Source of the DNA: an uncultured Acidimicrobiales bacterium | Lineage (GTDB): Bacteria; Actinomycetota; Acidimicrobiia; Acidimicrobiales; RAAP-2 | Direction of reading: 5' to 3' | Assembly (NCBI GenBank): GCA_963699085.1 | Contig: CAVOTH010000002.1 | Span: forward strand, 55,106-119,105 | DNA length: 64,000 nt | Part shown: positions 1 to 6,811 of the stretch, in pieces | Numbering within the stretch: position 1 is the first letter of the stretch | Layout of the letters: the number at the start of each line of letters is the position of its first letter | Notes under the pieces: model-generated | The model's database searches: none | What the model was told of the DNA's origin: nothing | Seen by the model: only the letters and a program-made list of their open reading frames with translations | Program-made: the position numbers and the translations under genes

Positions 1-1485
1 GCTCTCGCCCCCGGCATCTACGACCTGGACCTCGCGTTCACCCCGGCCACCGGGAACTTCACTGCCTCGACTGCCTCCGCTCTGTCCGCACTGACCGTCG
101 CCGTCAACTCGACCGACACGGCGATCAGCGTCGCCCCGCCCTCCATCCCCATCGGCAACGAGGGCTCGGTGGGCATCGCCACCACAGTCACGCCCAGCTC
201 GGCCGGCCCCGGTGCCCTGGCGCCCACGGGCACGGTGACCGTCACCACGGTGGTCAACGCCCACATCGTCACCGTCTGCACGGTGACCCTTCCACACGGG
301 TCGGCGGCCGGCAGCTGCCATCCGTCGGCCAACGCATTGACGGTAGGGGCCCATGCCCTGTTGGCCACCTACTCCGGCAATGCCAACTACACCGGCTCGG
401 TCTCGGCCCCCACGACCCTGACCGTCACCGAAGCGGCCGTCTCCGTCACGGTGACTTCCTCGGCCGCCTCGTCCCTGCCCGGCCGACCCGTGACGTTCAC
501 CGCCACCCTGGCCGCGTTGGCGCCGGGATTCCCCGTCCCGACCGGTACGGTCGACTTCACCGACCCCAGTACGGGCGCGACCTTGTGCGCAGCTGCACCG
601 GTCTCGACCAGTGGCGGCTTCTCCAGGGCCACCTGTACCGCCGTCCTGTCGACGGCGCCGAGCCAGCAGATCAGTGCGGGCTATTCCGGGGATGTCACCT
701 TCTCGCCCGCCCACGGCGCATTCACCCAACAGATCGAGCACGGATACTGGACCGTGGCCAAGGACGGTGGGATCTTCGCCTTCGGCGACGCCCGGTTCTT
801 CGGGTCCATGGGCAACAAGCCCCTCAACCAACCGGTGGTCGGCATGGCGAGCACCGCCGATGCCGGTGGCTACTGGCTGGTGGCCTCAGACGGAGGGATC
901 TTCGCCTTCGGCGATGCCCAGTTCTTCGGATCGACAGGGAGTGAGCGCCTGAACAAGCCGGTAGTGGGGATGCAGCCCACCCGGGACGGAAAGGGCTACT
1001 GGCTGGTCGCTTCTGACGGTGGGATCTTCGCCTTCGGCGACGCCAGGTTCTACGGCTCGACCGGCAACATCCACCTCAACTCGCCGGTCGTGGGCATGGT
1101 CGCCACCAGTGACGGTCTGGGTTACTTCATGGTCGCGGCCGACGGCGGGGTGTTCGCATTCGGTGATGCTCAGTTCGCCGGCGGCGGCAATCCCAATTCG
1201 ACCAGTCCCATCGTCGGACTGTCCCCCACGTCGACCGGTGCCGGCTACTGGCTGGCCGCCGCCAACGGTGGGGTGTTCAGCTACGGCGACGCCCAATTCT
1301 TCGGATCGATGATCAACCAGAACCTGTCGTCAGCCGTCGTGGGGACGGCCTCGACCACCGACGGCGGTGGTTACTGGTTGGTGGCGTCAGACGGTGGCAT
1401 ATTTGCCTTCGGGGACGCCATCTTCGACGGATCCACCGGGAACGAACGGCTCAACTCACCGATGATCTCCATGGCGGATATCTGA
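1..1485 (+). CDS. secreted Ig-like-domain protein with six C-terminal GYWLVASDGGIFAFGDA-type repeats (5' end upstream of window)
   Basis: Frame 1 is open from nt 1 (ALAPGIYDLDLAF...) into listed ORF 169..1485. It has bacterial Ig-like modules with the LATYSGNANYTGS signature, then six ~41-aa units GYW(L/T)VA.DGG(I/V)F(A/S)(F/Y)GDA.F.G...LN.P(V/I)VG. Third codon positions are strongly G/C. Confidence 0.8.
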   Translation, partial: ALAPGIYDLDLAFTPATGNFTASTASALSALTVAVNSTDTAISVAPPSIPIGNEGSVGIATTVTPSSAGPGALAPTGTVTVTTVVNAHIVTVCTVTLPHGSAAGSCHPSANALTVGAHALLATYSGNANYTGSVSAPTTLTVTEAAVSVTVTSSAASSLPGRPVTFTATLAALAPGFPVPTGTVDFTDPSTGATLCAAAPVSTSGGFSRATCTAVLSTAPSQQISAGYSGDVTFSPAHGAFTQQIEHGYWTVAKDGGIFAFGDARFFGSMGNKPLNQPVVGMASTADAGGYWLVASDGGIFAFGDAQFFGSTGSERLNKPVVGMQPTRDGKGYWLVASDGGIFAFGDARFYGSTGNIHLNSPVVGMVATSDGLGYFMVAADGGVFAFGDAQFAGGGNPNSTSPIVGLSPTSTGAGYWLAAANGGVFSYGDAQFFGSMINQNLSSAVVGTASTTDGGGYWLVASDGGIFAFGDAIFDGSTGNERLNSPMISMADI

Positions 1486-1556
1486 TCAGATGCGGCTCCG
1501 GCCGCTGTCGTCGACCAGGGCCGACGGACGTAGATCGTGCCGCGAGGTGACACACA

Positions 1557-1584
1557 GGCAATTGGTTGCCAGCAATTGATTGCC
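1557..1584. promoter_or_regulatory. operator-like tandem palindromes upstream of the wHTH regulator gene
   Basis: GGCAA-TTGG-TTGCC (1557-1570) and GCAAT-TG-ATTGC (1572-1583). The 13-mers GCAATTG(G/A)TTGCC recur at 14-bp register, 24 nt upstream of ATG 1608, in a locally A/T-richer stretch. Confidence 0.4.
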
Positions 1585-1607
1585 ATATTCGGTGGTAACT
1601 TTCGCCG

Positions 1608-1922
1608 ATGGAGCAATGGTCGTTTCTCACCAGTCACGGTCAGGCGCTTCTCCTGATCGCCCATGATCCGGACATCCGGTTGCGTGACATCGCCACGGGT
1701 CTCAAGATCTCGGAACGCCGCGCCTACGGGATCGTCGACGACCTGACCCAGGCGGGCTACCTGGTGAAGGAGCGGGTGGGCCGTCGCAACCGGTATGAGG
1801 TCCAGGGCCATCTGCCCATGCCCGAGGCCAACGTCCGACAGCGGGCCATCGGAGAGGTGCTGGATCTACTGATCGGCGACGGTGCATCGCTGAGTGGCAC
1901 ACCAGCACCGGGGGGCGGTTGA
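1608..1922 (+). CDS. winged helix-turn-helix transcriptional regulator (MarR/ArsR-like)
   Basis: 104-aa ORF. The segment IRLRDIATGLKISERRAYGIVDDLTQAGYLVKERVGRRNRY matches an HTH plus wing pattern. Third-position bias is good. Confidence 0.75.
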   Translation: MEQWSFLTSHGQALLLIAHDPDIRLRDIATGLKISERRAYGIVDDLTQAGYLVKERVGRRNRYEVQGHLPMPEANVRQRAIGEVLDLLIGDGASLSGTPAPGGG

Positions 1923-2046
1923 TCGCACCCGACAGGAGATGGGGCCAGCACCGCCTCCTCGACGACGTTGCGGATGACCTCCGACTCGGGCAGCGGGCGC
2001 CCGCCGACAGGGCGAAGCCAGTCCGGGGCGGAAGGCGGATTCCCGT

Positions 2047-2433
2047 TCAGGGCCCGGAGAGGAACGGCGCGGTGGGAAATCGGAGACCGGTCACATTCCC
2101 GGGCACCAGGCGCACGACCCCGTCGGAGTAGACGTTGCCCGGACCACCGGCCGGGGTAGCCAGGTGGGCGATACCTTGTACCTGGACCAACCACCCCTCT
2201 TCTGCCGGCTCGCTGATGTCATCGACGGCCAATGCCACGACACTGTTGCGGACCGCGGCGTCCGGCATACTGATCCGGTCGATGTCGATGGCAACGGAAG
2301 CGTCGTCGACGACGTAGCGGACCGGGATGATGATCGGGAGCGCCTGGATCGACAGCGCCAGCCTTCCGAGCGTGGAATTGGCCAACAGCTCCCAGCACTC
2401 GGCGGGAGGAATCGCGATGGCGAATCGGTCCAT
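2047..2433 (-). CDS. pyridoxamine 5'-phosphate oxidase family (FMN/F420-binding split-barrel) protein
   Basis: 128-aa ORF. ECWELLANSTLGRLALS...IIIPVRYVVDD...GWLVQVQGIA is the typical PPOX-family layout. Confidence 0.8.
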   Translation of the reverse strand: MDRFAIAIPPAECWELLANSTLGRLALSIQALPIIIPVRYVVDDASVAIDIDRISMPDAAVRNSVVALAVDDISEPAEEGWLVQVQGIAHLATPAGGPGNVYSDGVVRLVPGNVTGLRFPTAPFLSGP

Positions 2434-2534
2434 GAGTCCACCGTAGGGAGTCGCCGGGTGACGTTCCTAGGGACGAACGTCCCGAATCAGTGCCCGCCGG
2501 TGGCTGTCCGTGGTGAACCCGGGACCGCACGTGG

Positions 2535-3698
2535 TCAGCCGGACACCGCCTCGGGTCCGAACGAAGGGGTGGAGGGTGTCCGGCGCCCGTACTGGTGGAG
2601 TCGGAAGGAGAGGGCGCGGATCTCCCGCACGGCCCGGTCCAGGTCCTCGGTGACACCCAGCAGCGTCGTGGACAGCGCACGGTCACCCAGCCGGGCCGCC
2701 GCTGCTCCCGTGACGGTCAGACCGCTGGAGAAGACGTGCCGGAGGATCTCGTCGAGACCGAGTGCCAACTCGTCGATCTCGTGGTCGAGGTAGACGACAT
2801 GGTCGTGGGGATGCTCAGAGCCGACCCGGACGGCGGCGCGGAGGAGAACGACGGCCCCGGTGCCCCGACTGAGCGGCAGCAGTCCGAGACGAGCCTCCAT
2901 GGGTGCCGTCGAGCCGTCGGCCATCACCCCGTCGACCAGGAGGGTGACGCTGGCGGTATCGGCGGCCGGGGCGACGGTCGGATGTCCGCGGTCGAACGGA
3001 TCGATCTCCGGCAACAGGTGGTGCACCGGCCTTCCGGTCAGCCCGCCGGGTCCGTGGCCGAAGAGCCGTTCGGCCGCCCGGCCGGCCCGCACGACGGTCC
3101 CGTGGTCGTCGACCACCAGGATCCCGAGGGGCGCCCGATCCAACACGAGTTGGGCGAACACATCGCCCAGGCGTTCCGACTGCTCGTCGTAGAAGGCGGG
3201 CACCGCGGGGCCGTGTCGTGGCTCCGGCTTCCCGGCGGCGGACGGACGTCGATCGCGCATCGGCTCAACCGGTGAGAGGGTCACGATGGCGCCGAGGCAG
3301 GATCCACTGTCGTCGAAACGGGACGAGATGAGGACGTCGAACCAGCGGGGCGCATCAGGCCCGTGACAGGGCTGTGAGATCCGCTTGGGGGCGGGGAGGT
3401 CGCCCCGGAGAGCGGTGCGGATGGCGGCGGCCACCTCCCGGGTGAACGGGTCCCCGGGTGATGTGGCACAGACCTCCAGGTAGGAGACGCCGACACCGAT
3501 CCGTCCGGGATCGGCGCCGTTGGCGGTCCCGAATGCCCGCCACGCGGAGTTGACCGATGCGATGACCCCGGTCCGGTCCAGGAGTGCGACCTCGACTGCG
3601 TCAGGCTCCGAGGTCGTCGGTCCGGTCCGCACAGACTCCAGGGTGCGATGGGATCCGACGGAGTCCAGCCCGGCCATCGCTCCGCCATCCCTCGCCAT
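2535..3698 (-). CDS. tandem-PAS sensor protein with a C-terminal HisKA_3-like helical module but no ATPase domain
   Basis: 387-aa ORF with two PAS-like segments (LLDRTGVIASVNSAWRAF... and LGILVVDDHGTVVRAGRAAERLFG...). It then has HDHVVYLDHEIDELALGLDEILRHVFSSGL...LDRAVREIRALSFRLH, resembling the DevS/NarX-type dimerisation domain. The ORF ends about 20 aa later. Confidence 0.75.
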   Translation of the reverse strand: MARDGGAMAGLDSVGSHRTLESVRTGPTTSEPDAVEVALLDRTGVIASVNSAWRAFGTANGADPGRIGVGVSYLEVCATSPGDPFTREVAAAIRTALRGDLPAPKRISQPCHGPDAPRWFDVLISSRFDDSGSCLGAIVTLSPVEPMRDRRPSAAGKPEPRHGPAVPAFYDEQSERLGDVFAQLVLDRAPLGILVVDDHGTVVRAGRAAERLFGHGPGGLTGRPVHHLLPEIDPFDRGHPTVAPAADTASVTLLVDGVMADGSTAPMEARLGLLPLSRGTGAVVLLRAAVRVGSEHPHDHVVYLDHEIDELALGLDEILRHVFSSGLTVTGAAAARLGDRALSTTLLGVTEDLDRAVREIRALSFRLHQYGRRTPSTPSFGPEAVSG

Positions 3699-3818
3699 CA
3701 GACGTGCTTCGGTGCGGTCATGGACGACCTCCGCCCGGGTCTCACCAGCTACCCCGGGATCTGAATGGACCGTACTGCGGAAGGGTGTCCCCCCACAAGA
3801 GGTACTCCTAGAGCCGCA

Positions 3819-4541
3819 TTAGCTCTGGGCCCGACGGCTCACCCCGTCGGGGTCCAGGATGACGATCCGGCCCCGGTTCAGCCTCACCAGACCGTCGGCC
3901 TGAGCCTGATTGAGGATGCGGTTGACCGTCTGGCGGGTAGTGCCCGCCATCGAGGCCAGATCGTCCTGCGTGAGTGGGATCGACTGGGTGGCGTGCCCGG
4001 CGTAGATGTCGGCCAGGAAGGCCAGGCGGCGCATCACCCTGGTCTTGGCCGGCAGCATGAGGGCGTCGAGCAGTGCCTGGGAGGTCGAACGCAGCCGGGC
4101 CTCGAGCATCTTGGCCACCACCATCGATGCTCCGGGGTGCTCCTCCCACAGTGAGCGGAAGTCATCCCTGGTCAGACGCAGTGTCTCGACCCGCTCGAGG
4201 GCGACAACCGTGGCCGTGCGAACCGCGCCCTCATTGATCAGCGCCTGTTCGCCGAACGAATTGCCGGGGCGCATCACGTCGACGGTGACCATGTCACCAC
4301 CGGGGCCGTTGACCTGGATCGACACGGTGCCGATGTCGATGAGATGGACACTGTCACCCGCCTCGCCCTGGTGGCAGATGAACGCGCCTTTGGGGAAGCG
4401 CTGGCGGCGGCAGCGCGACAGCACGGCCCTCCGATCCACCTCCGACAACGGGTCCAACAGTTGCCACTGCACCGACTGATCCTCCCGCCCTGCTCGGCGA
4501 CCGGACCGTTCGTCCGAAAGCGACACCCTATCCCAGAGCAT
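3819..4541 (-). CDS. Crp/Fnr family cyclic-nucleotide-binding transcriptional regulator
   Basis: cNMP-binding motif FGEQALINEGAVRTATVVAL and C-terminal HTH LTQDDLASMAGTTRQTVNRILN. I moved the start to ATG 4541 (MLWDRV...) because codons 4542-4691 of the listed ORF lose the G/C third-position bias. Confidence 0.85.
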   Translation of the reverse strand: MLWDRVSLSDERSGRRAGREDQSVQWQLLDPLSEVDRRAVLSRCRRQRFPKGAFICHQGEAGDSVHLIDIGTVSIQVNGPGGDMVTVDVMRPGNSFGEQALINEGAVRTATVVALERVETLRLTRDDFRSLWEEHPGASMVVAKMLEARLRSTSQALLDALMLPAKTRVMRRLAFLADIYAGHATQSIPLTQDDLASMAGTTRQTVNRILNQAQADGLVRLNRGRIVILDPDGVSRRAQS

Positions 4542-4557
4542 CCGTAGGAAAGACCTG

Positions 4558-4601
4558 GTGACGCCCGTGTGACGCCCGTGTGACGCCAGGGTAACGCCAG
4601 A
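4558..4601. repeat. four tandem 11-bp repeats (GTGACGCCCGT x2, GTGACGCCAGG, GTAACGCCAGA) upstream of the Crp-family gene
   Basis: Read directly. The units start at 4558, 4569, 4580 and 4591. They contain TGTGA-N6-TGTGA (4568-4583), which reads TCACA-N6-TCACA on the gene strand. Confidence 0.8.
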
Positions 4602-4730
4602 TGGAGACCGGCTTTCCGTCCCGGCATATGTCGTCCCGGTGACATTCGCTGTGTCGGCGATACGACAGACACACCGAATGGGCTCCCGCACACTGGTGTC
4701 AACACCCCCTTACGACGGGCGGCCACATAC

Positions 4731-4961
4731 ATGGAGTACTTCGAAATCTTGTTACTGGTCCTGATGGCAGTGGCCGGCCTGGTGATCCTGGCCCTGGTGG
4801 TGGCGTCCGGTCATACGTCCCGTCACGAGCCGCGACCTGCCACCCCGGATCGACTCCGCGACCCCTTGGTGCCGGCACTGGTCGTGGACCTCCACAACAG
4901 TGTGCCGGCCCGATCGCATGACCATGACCCTCGAGGCCTGGAAGCGATTCCGGCCGAATGA
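4731..4961 (+). CDS. small hypothetical membrane protein
   Basis: 76-aa ORF with one clear hydrophobic helix (ILLLVLMAVAGLVILALVVA). Third-position bias is only moderate and I recognise no homolog. Confidence 0.35.
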   Translation: MEYFEILLLVLMAVAGLVILALVVASGHTSRHEPRPATPDRLRDPLVPALVVDLHNSVPARSHDHDPRGLEAIPAE

Positions 4962-5095
4962 TCCCCCCAGCCGGCGGCACCCGGTGTTCCCCCCGGGCAC
5001 CGCGTGTCGCCGGACCCCTCGCATCAGACCGATCACTACCGATACTGATCCAGACCGACAGCACTTCCTCACCCAACGACAGATAGCGGGCAGAC

Positions 5096-5611
5096 ATGAC
5101 CTTGCAGGCCACGACATTCGCGGATGATGGTGCACCGGAGACGGGATCGGCGCCGACGGCCGCCACACTGACGGTCCTGCCGGCCCGTCGGCCCGATGCG
5201 CCCGAACCCGCCACCACGGCGGTGGAGTCGCTCGACGCGGCGGACCTGTCGGCCTCACGGGACAGCGCGTTGCGGGAGGTGGCCATCGAGGATCTGCTCC
5301 GGCTCCTCGATGCCAGCCGGCGACTGCAGGTCACGTTGGCCGCCAACGAGAAGATGTGTGAGGCTTCGGTGCGCAAGATGATGGACGGGACCGCCCCGGC
5401 TGACGTGCTCGTCGACATCAACGTCGCCGGCGCACGGCTCGATCTGGCGGGGACGCTCGAGGCATTCGAACGGGCTCGGCACCGCAGCCGGAGCACGTTC
5501 ATCGCCGCCCAGTTCGAGAGCGGCATGAACATGAAGGAGATCGCCCGGAATTGGGCGATCTCCCGCCAGCTGGCCCACCGTTTCTTCACCGAGGCCCGCC
5601 GGAACGACTGA
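5096..5611 (+). CDS. hypothetical protein with C-terminal helix-turn-helix
   Basis: 171-aa ORF with strong G/C third positions. The C-terminal MNMKEIARNWAISRQLAHRFF looks like an HTH. The overlapping antisense ORF 4699..5589 is R/S/A-rich and was rejected. Confidence 0.6.
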   Translation: MTLQATTFADDGAPETGSAPTAATLTVLPARRPDAPEPATTAVESLDAADLSASRDSALREVAIEDLLRLLDASRRLQVTLAANEKMCEASVRKMMDGTAPADVLVDINVAGARLDLAGTLEAFERARHRSRSTFIAAQFESGMNMKEIARNWAISRQLAHRFFTEARRND

Positions 5612-5636
5612 GGCCCCGATGTCCCCGGAGGGTGCG

Positions 5637-6593
5637 TCAGTCCCAGAACTCGGCGATCCCCCCGGTGGCCACGTCGGCGGCGGCCTGGCGGGCGCCCATC
5701 GCCATGGCGTCCGGAATCGCCTTCGGGTCCATCAGGCCGGCGACATCCATCGGGTGTCGCTCAGGTGCCCGGAAGAAGACCTGGGTCCCGCTGGCCCGCA
5801 GTGCGTCCAGTTCACGGGTGAGGTCGCCCCGCGCCAAGGTGAGCATGCCTGTCGTGAGTTCGTCGTCACGATAGAGGGAGAGCACCAGCGCTCTCCTCGC
5901 GCCGGCCAGCAGGTCGAGGTGGACCGTCGTGCCGCACACTCCGCCGTCCATGCAGGTGTGGCCGCCGATCGGCTGGGGGGAATAGAAGCCGGGTACGGCG
6001 CTGCTGGCGGCCGCCCCGTTGCAGGCCGGCACACCGGTGTCGGCAGTGATGACGCACCGCTCGCCCGAGTCGACGTCCACCGTGGTCATCCACAGCGCTT
6101 CGGACCCCCAGTGCCTACCGATGACCAGGAGGAGATCGCGCACCATGATGTTCGGGCCCGGGGTGTCGGCGGCCCGGGCAGCCTTCCCGATGGCGAGGAT
6201 GGTGTCGATGGTGGAGTCCTCGGCGTGCAGGTAGAGGTCGAGCGCCGCCAATTGCGATGGCTTGGTCGCGTCTGCAGGGAAGAGCATCCGCATCAGGCCG
6301 GGGACCAACGACAGGGCCTTCGACTCGAGGAACATCTTGTGGAGATGGCCATGGGCGAGGCTGGTGGCGACGATCGATCCGGCCGAGGTCCCGACCAGGC
6401 GATCGGCCCGGGCGATGTGGACGTCATGACGGGCCAGGGTCTCGAGGTAGCCGAGCTGCCAGGCGACGAAGAACATGCCGCCGCCACCGAGACTGGCGCT
6501 CAGTCCGACCCCGTCCCCGTACCGCTCGTCGAACGACTGTGGTCTCGCCGGGTCGGGAGCGTCACCGGCCGCTGTTCCCGCGTCCCGCCGCAT
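5637..6593 (-). CDS. patatin-like phospholipase family protein
   Basis: Oxyanion GGGG (LGGGGMF), nucleophile elbow GTSAG and catalytic Asp in MDGGV: the Ser-Asp dyad layout of patatins. Confidence 0.9.
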   Translation of the reverse strand: MRRDAGTAAGDAPDPARPQSFDERYGDGVGLSASLGGGGMFFVAWQLGYLETLARHDVHIARADRLVGTSAGSIVATSLAHGHLHKMFLESKALSLVPGLMRMLFPADATKPSQLAALDLYLHAEDSTIDTILAIGKAARAADTPGPNIMVRDLLLVIGRHWGSEALWMTTVDVDSGERCVITADTGVPACNGAAASSAVPGFYSPQPIGGHTCMDGGVCGTTVHLDLLAGARRALVLSLYRDDELTTGMLTLARGDLTRELDALRASGTQVFFRAPERHPMDVAGLMDPKAIPDAMAMGARQAAADVATGGIAEFWD

Positions 6594-6811
6594 GGGCGAA
6601 TGTTAGCGGGCGTCCGTTGCGGCGATCGCCGGGGTGGCACGGTGCCAGGAAGGGTTGGCGGAGCACGACGGGCGGCGTGCTCCGACCTGCCGGCAGTTGC
6701 CGACCCCGTTGCTACGTCCTACGGTGCTGATCAGACCGGCCGGCCGATCGGGCCGCGTCCGGGCCGAGGGATGGCGGACCGGGTGACGGCACATCGAGGA
6801 ATGGCAGGGTC

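Noticed and set aside
4558-4601. CRISPR-like interpretation of the short tandem repeats (also 22761-22790).
   Set aside because: The units are contiguous with no spacers, only 11-15 bp long, with 2-4 copies. No cas genes are present.
4542-4691. The longer start (4691) for the Crp-family regulator.
   Set aside because: The codons in this stretch have many A/T third positions. The encoded sequence (MREPIRCVCRIADTANVTG...) is not family-like. The 11-bp tandem repeats fall in it. Met-51 gives the normal domain spacing.
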